This document shows positions 1-8,069 of a stretch of 64,000 nt of DNA, one piece after another. Positions within the stretch are counted from its first letter, which is position 1; the number at the start of each line of letters is the position of its first letter. The stretch comes from Sphingomonadaceae bacterium (GTDB taxonomy: Bacteria; Chloroflexota; UBA6077): positions 15,115 to 79,114 of the forward strand of contig JBLNDL010000025.1 in assembly GCA_050261575.1 (NCBI GenBank), written 5' to 3'. Under the pieces are notes generated by a model, which saw only the letters and a list, made by a program, of their open reading frames with translations, searched no databases and had not been told where the DNA came from. Both the position numbers and the translations under genes were made by a program.

Positions 1-417
1 GTTCCAATCCGGGACCAGTGCATCTTCTACGTCGGCCCGACTCCCGCGCCGCCGGGCAGGGTCATCGGCGCCGCCGGACCCACCACGAGCTACCGCATGG
101 ACAAGTACGCCCCGCTGTTGATGGACAGGGGTCTCCTGGGCATGGTCGGCAAGGGGCTGCGCAACCAGGAGGTGAAGGACGCCATCGTCCGAAACGGCGC
201 AGTCTACTTCGGGGCCACCGGCGGCAGTGGCGCTTTGCTCTCCAAGTGCATTAAGGCGGCACGCGTCGTCGCCTACCCCGATCTCGGCACCGAGGCCATC
301 AGGGAGATAGAGGTCGAGGACTTCCCAGTGATCGTCATCATCGACACCGAGGGCAACGACCTCTACCAGATCGGCCCGGCAAGGTACGCGAAGATCAAGT
401 CCGCCCCAGCCACCTGA
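1..417 (+). CDS. Fe-S hydro-lyase beta subunit (class I fumarate hydratase / L(+)-tartrate dehydratase beta type), 3' part; 5' end outside window
   Basis: Frame 1 is open from base 1. GPTTSYRMDKYAPLLMDRGLLGMVGKG..AVYFGATGGSGALL..YPDLGTEAIREIEVEDFPVIVIID resembles the beta-type catalytic domain of class I fumarase/TtdB (from memory). Confidence 0.75.
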   Translation, partial: VPIRDQCIFYVGPTPAPPGRVIGAAGPTTSYRMDKYAPLLMDRGLLGMVGKGLRNQEVKDAIVRNGAVYFGATGGSGALLSKCIKAARVVAYPDLGTEAIREIEVEDFPVIVIIDTEGNDLYQIGPARYAKIKSAPAT

Positions 418-483
418 GCAGGTGTCTCCAGATGGAGTACGCGTTTCCCACCAGTAAGGTTGACATGAACTAGAGATACCTGC
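418..483. repeat. 66-nt inverted-repeat element, copy A (arms GCAGGTGTCTCCAG / CTAGAGATACCTGC, 38-nt spacer)
   Basis: Starts right after the TGA at 415-417. Aligns without gaps to 11972-12037 and, more loosely, to 39179-39243. Confidence 0.7.
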
Positions 484-511
484 TAGGCAACCTCGGACCC
501 CATGTCCCTCC

Positions 512-538
512 GGGCGGGCCGGCCGGCCCGCCCGTTTC
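512..538 (+). terminator. intrinsic terminator-like hairpin after the hydro-lyase gene
   Basis: GGGCGGGCCGG/CCGGCCCGCCC palindrome followed by GTTTCGACTTT. Confidence 0.6.
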
Positions 539-551
539 GACTTTCCAATCC

Positions 552-580
552 TTGTTGCGGGCGCGCGACGGCGCTATACT
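552..580 (+). promoter_or_regulatory. sigma70-like promoter upstream of icd-like gene
   Basis: -35 TTGTTG, 17-nt spacer, -10 TATACT, about 105 nt before the ATG at 686. Confidence 0.5.
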
Positions 581-685
581 GGAGCCACTCGGCGGCGGGC
601 GGCGAGCCGATCGGCTGAAGCAGATGGTCAGGTTGCTCTTGCCGTCGAGCGGTCTCGAGGGTAGAGAGAGGGGAGGATACCTATC

Positions 686-1777
686 ATGGCGGCGTACCGA
701 GTGACCTTGATTCCCGGCGATGGCACCGGGCCTGAGATCGTCGAGGCGACGAGGCGTGTCCTCGAAGCGACTGGTGTGCAGTTCGACTGGGACCTGCAGG
801 AAGCCGGGGTCGACGTGCTCGAGAAGTACGGAACCCCATTGCCGGACCAGGTCATCGAGTCCATAAAGCGGAACAAGGTCGCCCTGAAGGGTCCCATCAC
901 TACCCCCATCGGCAAGGGCTTCCGCAGCGTCAACGTGGCGCTGCGCAAGAGCCTTGGCCTCTACGCCTGCCTGCGGCCGTGCAAGAGCTATAAGGGGGTT
1001 CGGAGCCGGTACGACAACGTCGACCTCGTCGTCGTCCGAGAGAACATGGAGGACCTCTACGCAGGTGTAGAGTTCCAGAAGGGCTCAGACGGCGCCAAGA
1101 GGCTGATCGCCCTGGCGGCGGAAACCGGCGCGGGCGTCATTCCGGAGGACTCGGGCATCAGCATCAAGTCGATCTCGGTTTCCGGCACCCGACGCATCGT
1201 CAAGTGGGCCTTCGAGTACGCGCGGGCGAACAAGCGGCGCAAGGTCACGGCAGTCCACAAGGCCAACATCCTCAAGTTCACCGACGGGCTCTTCCTCCAG
1301 GTCGCCTCCGAGGTGGCCAAGGAGTATCCGGACATCGAGTTCGACGACCGGATCGTCGACAACATGTGCATGCAACTGGTGCAGAAGCCCGAGCTTTACG
1401 ACGTGCTGGTCCTCCCGAATCTCTTCGGTGACATCGTCTCCGACCTCTGCGCCGGGCTCGTCGGCGGCCTGGGTGTGGCTCCGGGCGGGAACTTCGGCGA
1501 GGGCGACGTCGCCATCTTCGAGCCCACCCACGGCAGCGCTCCCAAGTACGCCGGCCTCAACAAGGTGAACCCGTCCGCCACCATCCTCTCCGGCATGCTG
1601 ATGCTGCGCCACCTCGGAGAGAAGGATGCGGCCGACCGCCTGGAGCGCGCATTCGCCAGCGTCGTCGCCGACGGCAAGTACGTCACCTACGACATGAAGC
1701 CGACCCCGGACGACCCGTCGGCGGTCGGGACTGCCCAGTTCGCCGACGCGATCATTCACCGGATGAAGGAGATGTAG
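686..1777 (+). CDS. icd: isocitrate dehydrogenase-like beta-decarboxylating dehydrogenase (NAD-IDH/IDH3-like; homoisocitrate or isopropylmalate DH not excluded)
   Basis: 363-aa [68 protein letters not shown] are typical family motifs. Confidence 0.8.
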   Translation: MAAYRVTLIPGDGTGPEIVEATRRVLEATGVQFDWDLQEAGVDVLEKYGTPLPDQVIESIKRNKVALKGPITTPIGKGFRSVNVALRKSLGLYACLRPCKSYKGVRSRYDNVDLVVVRENMEDLYAGVEFQKGSDGAKRLIALAAETGAGVIPEDSGISIKSISVSGTRRIVKWAFEYARANKRRKVTAVHKANILKFTDGLFLQVASEVAKEYPDIEFDDRIVDNMCMQLVQKPELYDVLVLPNLFGDIVSDLCAGLVGGLGVAPGGNFGEGDVAIFEPTHGSAPKYAGLNKVNPSATILSGMLMLRHLGEKDAADRLERAFASVVADGKYVTYDMKPTPDDPSAVGTAQFADAIIHRMKEM

Positions 1778-1893
1778 GCGGAGCCTGGATTCCGGGTGCC
1801 GAGCCGCCCGCATGACGTGGGCAGGGGCATGTTCCCTGTCGCCCGTGCTGATAGCTGACATCTAATAGCTCGTAATGGAGTGGCCGACGACGG

Positions 1894-2361
1894 TTGCCCC
1901 GCATGCCCGTTGACGTTGATGGGCCTGGCAAACCCATTCTGGGCAACCGGAGGACAGCAATGGAGCTGGCGCGTGGGGTTGCTGGGTTAGTGAGGCTCGC
2001 AAGCCTCACCGGACTGCGAACTCAGTTCGATTTCGACGCCCCTGGCCTGGATCAGCGGGAGCAGTTGGTGCGCCTCCAATACGCCGCCGAGCAGGCAATC
2101 CAGCAGTGCGGAGACGATGCGGCCGCGGAGGAGCTTGCTTTCGCGCTAGCGGACTGCAGGATGCTCCTCGCGATGGAGTCGCTGGAGGGAGAGGTGGCTG
2201 TGGAAAACCGCGTCCCTCAGCGGCTGCTCCGGATTCGGCGAGTGGTCACCCACTACGAGGGCCGGCTCGCCCGCTGGAATCGCCGCTACTGGTGGGCGGC
2301 GTGCGCTGCTGGCCTGCTCGTCATGGTCGGCTGCTACATGCGGTACATCTGCAGCCTCTAA
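1894..2361 (+). CDS. hypothetical protein with C-terminal hydrophobic anchor
   Basis: 155-aa ORF not overlapped by a better gene. The C-terminal WWAACAAGLLVMVGCYM is TM-like. No recognisable motif. Confidence 0.35.
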   Translation: MPRMPVDVDGPGKPILGNRRTAMELARGVAGLVRLASLTGLRTQFDFDAPGLDQREQLVRLQYAAEQAIQQCGDDAAAEELAFALADCRMLLAMESLEGEVAVENRVPQRLLRIRRVVTHYEGRLARWNRRYWWAACAAGLLVMVGCYMRYICSL

Positions 2362-2655
2362 GCACCGCGGCTCCTGCATACGGTACGGCCAGCCCGCCCT
2401 TCCATTCCTCGAGGCGTGGGGCATTCTAGAAGCCGTCCAGTGCAGCGTGCTCGGCGCGGTGCGACCGTCGCCGAGGCCCTGCAACTTGGCAAAGGGGTCG
2501 CCACACCGGTTGCAGGCACTGCCGCGCACGCTATGTCCGACCGCGTGCGACCGTCACCCTATGGACCAACGCAGTCGCCCGCGCCCGGCTCGTGCAACGA
2601 GATTCCTAAGTGGCCACACCCTTCCGTGGAGGCACCGTAAAGGATCTCCAAGTGC

Positions 2656-2684
2656 TTGTGGCCAGGCCCGACCTTTGCTAGAAT
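2656..2684 (+). promoter_or_regulatory. sigma70-like promoter of tRNA-Thr
   Basis: -35 TTGTGG, 17-nt spacer, -10 TAGAAT. The tRNA starts 32 nt downstream of the -10. Confidence 0.6.
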
Positions 2685-2715
2685 CTAGGCAGCGGCGCGT
2701 GCGCGCTGCCATCTG

Positions 2716-2788
2716 GCCGACGTAGCTCAATTGGCAGAGCAGCGGTTTTGTAAACCGCCGGTTGCGGGTTCGAGTCCCATCGTCGGCT
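2716..2788 (+). tRNA. tRNA-Thr (anticodon TGT)
   Basis: Acceptor GCCGACG/CGTCGGC, D arm GCTC..GAGC, anticodon stem GCGGT/ACCGC with loop TT-TGT-AA, T loop TTCGAGT. One C-A mismatch in the T stem; CCA not encoded. Confidence 0.85.
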
Positions 2789-2795
2789 CCGTACC

Positions 2796-2826
2796 ACTGG
2801 CCTCCCGGGTTACCCGAGAGGCCAGT
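2796..2826. terminator. hairpin between convergent tRNA-Thr and rlmB (possible bidirectional terminator)
   Basis: ACTGGCCTC / GAGGCCAGT 9-bp stem with a 13-nt loop. Ends 2 nt before the rlmB stop codon. Confidence 0.5.
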
Positions 2827-2827
2827 C

Positions 2828-3823
2828 TCATCCACCCCGCTGTCTCAGCATCTCGTACAGCACGACCGAGCCGGCAACAGCCGCGTTCAGCGAACTCACA
2901 TGCCCCTTCATGGGCAGACGAATGAGGAAGTCGCAACTCTCCTTCATCAACTGCCCGATCCCCCGATCCTCGCCCCCTAGCACCAGCGCTGTGGGGCCGG
3001 TCATGTCCAGCTTCCAGTGCAGCCGGTCGCCCGCCATGTCGATTCCCGCCACCCAGATCCCGATTCCCTTCAGTTCCTCGGCCGCTCGCACGAGATTGGG
3101 TACCCGCGCGACCGCCATGTGCTCCACCGCGCCGGCCGACGAACGAACCACCGCGGGGGTGACATGGACCGACCGCCGCTTCGGCAGCACCACCGCATCG
3201 ACCCCAACCGCCTCGGAGGTCCGCAGCAGGCTTCCCAGGTTCTGCGGGTCCTGCAGCGTGTCCAGCAGCAGCACCACTGGGGGGTGGTCCGAGACACTCA
3301 ACCGCTCCAGCAGGTCGCCCCACCCCACGTACTCGAACGGAGCCACCACCGCAGCCATACCCTGGTGCTCCGGAGCCACCGCGTCCAACTGCTCCCGCCG
3401 CACCTCCTCCGTGACGACACCCGCCGCCGTCGCCAGCCGTATCGCTTCGCGCACCGGCTCCTCGCGCGTCGCCTCGCCGGACACGAGAAGGCGCCGCACC
3501 CGCTTCCCGGCACGCAGCGCCTCCATCACCGCGTTCCTCCCGTACAGAATCTCCTGCTCGGGAGCCATCCGAACGACCGGCCTCTCGACCGCTCGGCTCT
3601 CCGGCCGCCGCCCGCCCTCCTTGGCAGGGGCAGGCCCCCTCGCGCGTCCCCTGTCGGCCCTGGTGTCCGGCCCGGAATCTCGCTCGAGCGTACGTCCCCG
3701 ATGCGATGCTCGATTCTTCCCCTTAGCGCCACCCGTGGGTCGCCGCTCCCCACCCTCCGTCGACTGGGCCTTCCCCTTCCGGCGATCCGATTCCGGCCCG
3801 CTGCCTCTAACCATCTGCATCAC
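2828..3823 (-). CDS. rlmB: SpoU/TrmH-family 23S rRNA 2'-O-methyltransferase (RlmB-like) with Arg/Gly-rich N-terminal extension
   Basis: 331-aa ORF. ILYGRNAVMEAL, LDTLQDPQNLGSLLRTSEAVG, LVLGGEDRGI, RLPMKGHVSSLNAAVAGSVVLYE. Confidence 0.85.
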   Translation of the reverse strand: MMQMVRGSGPESDRRKGKAQSTEGGERRPTGGAKGKNRASHRGRTLERDSGPDTRADRGRARGPAPAKEGGRRPESRAVERPVVRMAPEQEILYGRNAVMEALRAGKRVRRLLVSGEATREEPVREAIRLATAAGVVTEEVRREQLDAVAPEHQGMAAVVAPFEYVGWGDLLERLSVSDHPPVVLLLDTLQDPQNLGSLLRTSEAVGVDAVVLPKRRSVHVTPAVVRSSAGAVEHMAVARVPNLVRAAEELKGIGIWVAGIDMAGDRLHWKLDMTGPTALVLGGEDRGIGQLMKESCDFLIRLPMKGHVSSLNAAVAGSVVLYEMLRQRGG

Positions 3824-3869
3824 CCGCCGTCGCGTTGTGGTCGCCTTAGCCCACGGGCGGCCCCTTTCG

Positions 3870-5309
3870 CTACGACTTCTCGCTGTATCGCCAGATCGTT
3901 CCTTCGGGCGTGTCCTCCAGGATAACCCCCAGGAGCTTCAGCCGATCCCTCACCTCGTCGGCCAGTGCCCACTGCTTACCCGCGCGCAGCTTCCCGCGCA
4001 GCTCCACGAGCAGATCGATGTAGGGATCCGCCGCGCGGCCCTCCCCGACATCCTCAGCCTCCAGCTCCAGGCCGAGCACACCTGCCAGCTCCACCAGCTT
4101 CGCCCTCGCCGGCCCCAACGCCTCGGCTGAGAAGCGCTCCTGCGTACGGAGTCGGTTGATCTCCCGCGCCAGATCGTACAGCGCTGCCAGACCCTGGGCC
4201 GTGTTGAAGTCCGAGTCCATCCCAGACTCGAACGCCTGCTGCGCCGTCTGCAACAGCCGCTCCACGGCCTCTCGCTCCGCAGCACTCGCAGGCCGCCCGG
4301 CCGCCGCCCCGCGCACCGGCTCCAGCGCCGACCGAAGCCGCGCCAACCCCTTCACCGCCACGTCGATGGACTCGTCGGTGTACGTCATCGGCGCCCGGTA
4401 CGGGGTGGATATGAGGTACAACCTCAGCGCCGCGGGCTCGTACCGATCCAGCATCTGCTGAATGGTGAGGAAGTTGTTGAGGGAGTGGGACATCTTCTCC
4501 CCACCGATGTTCAGCAGCCCGATGTGGATCCAGTACCGAACGAACGGCGAGCAATGGCAGTACGCCTCGCTCTGGGCAATCTCGTTCTCGTGGTGGGGGA
4601 AGATCAGGTCCCGGCCCCCCGCGTGGATGTCGATCTGCTCGCCCAGCGTCTCCTTGATCATCGTCGAGCACTCGATGTGCCATCCGGGCCGCCCCGGTCC
4701 CCACGGGCTGTCCCACGCAGGCTCCCCCGGCTTCGCCCGCTTCCACAGCGCGAAGTCCCTCGGGTCCCGCTTGCTCGCATCCACCTCGATGCGAGCCCCG
4801 GCCATAACCCCCTCTTCACTCCTCCCAGACAGCTTGCCGTACTCCGGAGACTTGGCCACCTCGAAGTAGACGTTGCCCTCCACCTCGTAGGCGTACCCCT
4901 CGGCGATCAGCTTCTCCACGAACTCGATGATCGCTGGAATCACCAGCGTCGCCTTGGGATAGTCGTCCGCGTGGAGCACGTTCAGCGCGTCCATCGACTC
5001 GAAGTAGGAGCGAGTGTACTTCTCCGCCACCTCGTGGGCCGGGATCCCCTCTTTGTTGGCCCGCGCGATGATCTTGTCGTCCACGTCCGTGAAGTTCTGT
5101 ACGTGATGCACCTGGTATCCCCTGTAACGGAGGTACCGCCTGATCACATCCATGGCAACGAAGAGACGGGCATGCCCAATGTGGGGATGGAACTTCGGGG
5201 TCATCCCGCAGACGTACATCTGCACCACGTCGCCCCGCGGCTGGAACTCCTCCTCCGTCCCCGAAATGGTGTTGAAGACTCTAAGCCCCAATCTGATCCT
5301 CCAGATCAT
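3870..5309 (-). CDS. cysS: cysteine--tRNA ligase
   Basis: YVCGMTPKFHPHIGHAR (HIGH), GWHIECS, KMSHSLNN (KMSKS-like). Start set at ATG 5309 (MIWR...); TTG at 5291 is an alternative. The upstream ORF extension to 5360 overlaps ispF. Confidence 0.9.
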   Translation of the reverse strand: MIWRIRLGLRVFNTISGTEEEFQPRGDVVQMYVCGMTPKFHPHIGHARLFVAMDVIRRYLRYRGYQVHHVQNFTDVDDKIIARANKEGIPAHEVAEKYTRSYFESMDALNVLHADDYPKATLVIPAIIEFVEKLIAEGYAYEVEGNVYFEVAKSPEYGKLSGRSEEGVMAGARIEVDASKRDPRDFALWKRAKPGEPAWDSPWGPGRPGWHIECSTMIKETLGEQIDIHAGGRDLIFPHHENEIAQSEAYCHCSPFVRYWIHIGLLNIGGEKMSHSLNNFLTIQQMLDRYEPAALRLYLISTPYRAPMTYTDESIDVAVKGLARLRSALEPVRGAAAGRPASAAEREAVERLLQTAQQAFESGMDSDFNTAQGLAALYDLAREINRLRTQERFSAEALGPARAKLVELAGVLGLELEAEDVGEGRAADPYIDLLVELRGKLRAGKQWALADEVRDRLKLLGVILEDTPEGTIWRYSEKS

Positions 5310-5799
5310 CCTCTTCACGTCGCGCGAGCAGGGCAACGGCCATCGCCGCGATGCCCTCACCCCGACCGACGAAGCCCAACCCCTCGTTGGTGGTGGCCTT
5401 TATCCCGATCTGCCCCACGCCGATGCCCAGCTCCTCCGCCATAGCGCGTTTCATCCTGTCCAAATGGGGCGAGAGCTTCGGCTCCTCCGCCAACACCGTG
5501 GCATCCACGTTGACCACACGCCAGCCCGAACGCTCCACCATGGAACGCACGGTCGCCAGCAGCTTCAGGCTGGAGGCATCGCGAAACCGCTCGTCGCCCG
5601 GCGGAAACTGGTGCCCGATATCCTCCATCCCGGCCGCCCCGAGCATCGCGTCCATCACGGCATGCAGCAGGGCGTCGGCATCGGAGTAGCCCTCGAGCCC
5701 GCGGGAGTACTCTATCCTCACCCCGCCCAGCACGAGGGCTCTCCCCTCCACCAGCCTATGAGCGTCGTAGCCCATGCCCACACGTATCTGCTGAGACAT
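5281..5799 (-). CDS. ispF: 2-C-methyl-D-erythritol 2,4-cyclodiphosphate synthase
   Basis: IRVGMGYDAHRL, GYSDADALLHAVMDAMLGA, DIGHQFP. Start at ATG 5799 (MSQQ) is preferred; the ORF is open to 5853. Confidence 0.88.
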   Translation of the reverse strand: MSQQIRVGMGYDAHRLVEGRALVLGGVRIEYSRGLEGYSDADALLHAVMDAMLGAAGMEDIGHQFPPGDERFRDASSLKLLATVRSMVERSGWRVVNVDATVLAEEPKLSPHLDRMKRAMAEELGIGVGQIGIKATTNEGLGFVGRGEGIAAMAVALLARREEDDLEDQIGA

Positions 5800-5924
5800 C
5801 CCCCAGCCCCTGCCCTCACCCAGCGCGGAGATTGTGGCCTCGCGCCTCTCCATCGGCGGGTGTGACGCACCCGCGGCTCTGACCTAGCCCGCGACGCACA
5901 GCACGCGGGAGACGGGCTGCGACG

Positions 5925-6671
5925 TTAGTCGGAACGGCACCCTTCCACCAGTGCGCTTGCGACCTCCAGATCCTCCGGCGTCGTCAGCTTGAAGTTGCGG
6001 GGGTCGCCGGGCACGATCCTGACGGGTCGGCCCAGCAGCTCCACCGCAGCCGCATCGTCGGTGACCTCCCGATCCAGCCTGGCGTACGCCTCTCGGATCA
6101 ACTCAGTCCGAAACACCTGAGGCGTCTGCACCGCCCACAGGTTCGACCGATCGACGGTCTCCACGACCCACAGATCGCTGCTCGCCCTCTTGAGCGTGTC
6201 CCTCACCGCGACCGCCGGAACGGCTGCTCCGTCCCTCTCCGCCGCGCGGTAGCACGCTTCGATAAGCGCCGGTGTCACCATCGGTCGAGCACCGTCGTGG
6301 ACCGCCACCAAACCCTCTTCAGGCAGCGCGTCCAGCCCGTTCCTCACCGAGTCCTGCCGGCGTTCGCCGCCCTCACACACGGTGGCATGGATCCCCAGCC
6401 GCGCAACCAGTTCCCGCCCTCGATCCATTCTCGCCGGAGCAACTACCAGGATCAGCCGTTCGACAGACGGACAGGTGGCGAAAGCTCTGAGGGAGTGGGC
6501 GACAACGGGCAGGCCGCCCAGCGGCAGCCACACCTTGTCCTCGCCCATCCGCGTCCCGCGCCCCGCCGCCACGATTATCGCTGCACGAGACGAGGACCGA
6601 GGACTGGGGACTGAGGACTGTGCAGATCCCTGATCACTCAGCCCTGAGTCCCCCGTCCTCAGCCCTCGCAT
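5925..6671 (-). CDS. ispD: 2-C-methyl-D-erythritol 4-phosphate cytidylyltransferase
   Basis: AIIVAAGRGTRMG, VAVHDGARP, VQTPQVF. The N-terminal ~30 aa are low complexity, so the start is uncertain. Confidence 0.85.
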   Translation of the reverse strand: MRGLRTGDSGLSDQGSAQSSVPSPRSSSRAAIIVAAGRGTRMGEDKVWLPLGGLPVVAHSLRAFATCPSVERLILVVAPARMDRGRELVARLGIHATVCEGGERRQDSVRNGLDALPEEGLVAVHDGARPMVTPALIEACYRAAERDGAAVPAVAVRDTLKRASSDLWVVETVDRSNLWAVQTPQVFRTELIREAYARLDREVTDDAAAVELLGRPVRIVPGDPRNFKLTTPEDLEVASALVEGCRSD

Positions 6672-6683
6672 CTATCTCCCCGT

Positions 6684-7736
6684 CTAGTTCTGGTGCGGCG
6701 CCTTGGGATGGGCGAAGATCATCCGCCCGGCGACCGTCTGCAGCACTCGAGTGACCACTATGTCGAGGTCGGCATTGATATGCCGGCGTCCGTTCTCGAC
6801 CACCACCATGGTGCCGTCGTCCAGGTAGGCAACACCCTGCCCGAACTCCTTGCCCTCCTGGATGATCCGCACCACCATCTCCTCCCCGGGGAACACCACC
6901 GACTTCACCGCGTTGGCCAGCTCGTTGATGTTGAGCACCTTCACGCCCTGCAGCTCGGCGACGCGGTTCAGGTTGTAGTCGTTGGTGATTATCGCACAGC
7001 GCATGTTCTTCGCCAGCCGAACCAGCTTCCCGTCCACGTCGGGGATGTTGTCCACGTCCACGTCCGAGATCTCGATCGGCGCCACGGATTCCTTCTGCAG
7101 CTTGTTCAGCATCTCCAATCCCCGCCGGCCCCGATTGCGCCTTACGGCGTCGGGCGAATCGGCAATCTGCTGCAACTCAGCCAGGACGAATCGCGGGATC
7201 ACCATCGTCCCGGCGATGAAGCCGGTGTGGCTGATGTCGGCCACCCGGCCATCGATGATGGCGCTCGTGTCCACCAGCACACGGCTGTGGTCCTGCCCTC
7301 CCTTTCCTCTCCCGGATTCCCTGGGCAAGCCGATCAACTGGAACACCTCTTTCCGATGGGTCACCATGATGGTGGCCCCGAAGTATCCGAGCACCAGACT
7401 CGCCACCACGGGCAGAAACCGCCCCAGATACGACGGAAGCATGGACAGGGGAAGGGCGAGCAGGGCCGCAGTGAGCAAGCCCCCGACCAGGCCCACCGCC
7501 CCGGCTACCACGTCCTGAGCGGGCATGGCGGTGGCTTTGGATCTCGCCCAATTGAAGGGCCTGGTCGTCACGTACGGGGTCACCAGCAACCCCAGTCCGA
7601 ACGAGGCAGCGGCGATGGTGAAGACGTAGAGTAGATGATTGGGAGATGAAGTATCAGCAAGAATAAGGCCGAACTGCCAGCCCAACATCGCCGCCACCAC
7701 TGCGCCGACAACGCGGATGGCCAACTCGATACTCAT
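6684..7736 (-). CDS. yacL: membrane-anchored PIN + TRAM domain protein (YacL family)
   Basis: Four N-terminal TM segments, then VLVDTSAIIDGRV..VIPRFVLAELQ (PIN) and a C-terminal TRAM-like GEEMVVRIIQEGKEFGQGVAYLDDGTMVVV. AAGGAG SD 7 nt upstream of the ATG. Confidence 0.8.
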   Translation of the reverse strand: MSIELAIRVVGAVVAAMLGWQFGLILADTSSPNHLLYVFTIAAASFGLGLLVTPYVTTRPFNWARSKATAMPAQDVVAGAVGLVGGLLTAALLALPLSMLPSYLGRFLPVVASLVLGYFGATIMVTHRKEVFQLIGLPRESGRGKGGQDHSRVLVDTSAIIDGRVADISHTGFIAGTMVIPRFVLAELQQIADSPDAVRRNRGRRGLEMLNKLQKESVAPIEISDVDVDNIPDVDGKLVRLAKNMRCAIITNDYNLNRVAELQGVKVLNINELANAVKSVVFPGEEMVVRIIQEGKEFGQGVAYLDDGTMVVVENGRRHINADLDIVVTRVLQTVAGRMIFAHPKAPHQN

Positions 7737-7799
7737 GTCACTTCTCCTTGTCCGTCCAGACGTCTATGCTCCGTCTACTTTGCTGCACCCCCTCAAACA

Positions 7800-7933
7800 G
7801 AACAAAAAATGTACTTGCCGCGGCTCAAGTACATTCGGCTCTACGCATCTATGCCGCTGAACGCATCAGCCGTTCCCTCGCCATGGAGCCAGACGGAAAC
7901 GCACGAGGGCACACAGGATCCCGATCTAGCTGA
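7800..7933 (-). ncRNA. candidate small RNA or cis-regulatory leader (unclassified), bounded by a consensus promoter and an intrinsic terminator
   Basis: Lies between the promoter at 7940-7969 and the hairpin/U-tract at 7804-7835. No ORF with an SD. Contains direct repeat GATGCGT x2 and local helices GCCCTCG/CGAGGG and GGCTC/GAGCC. The ends are estimates. Confidence 0.45.
7804..7835 (-). terminator. intrinsic terminator (hairpin + U tract) 65 nt upstream of yacL
   Basis: On the minus strand AATGTACTTG-AGCCGCGG-CAAGTACATT is followed by TTTTTTG. Confidence 0.7.
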
Positions 7934-7939
7934 GTCTCG

Positions 7940-7969
7940 ATACTAGCACAGCTAACGGTTTTGTGTCAA
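7940..7969 (-). promoter_or_regulatory. near-consensus sigma70 promoter with no protein gene directly downstream
   Basis: Minus strand: -35 TTGACA, 18-nt spacer, -10 TAGTAT. Same quality as the tRNA promoters in this window. Confidence 0.65.
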
Positions 7970-7990
7970 AGGCTGAAAGTAGCTGAAGAC

Positions 7991-8019
7991 AGTGGGGCGG
8001 GTCTGGGACCCGCCCCACT
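7991..8019 (-). terminator. terminator hairpin after the decarboxylase beta-subunit gene
   Basis: Perfect 13-bp stem AGTGGGGCGGGTC/GACCCGCCCCACT with a 3-nt loop, 50 nt downstream of the stop at 8070. Confidence 0.65.
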
Positions 8020-8069
8020 CTGTCCGCAGGCGAAGGGAGCCACTGCCGGTTCCCCGGGCATAATCACAT

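Noticed and set aside
7800-7935. T-box leader for cysS.
   Set aside because: There is no T-box sequence (GGTGGNACCGCG-like) and no stem I with AG bulge or distal-loop motifs. At about 130 nt it is also shorter than usual. It is kept as an unclassified leader/sRNA candidate instead.
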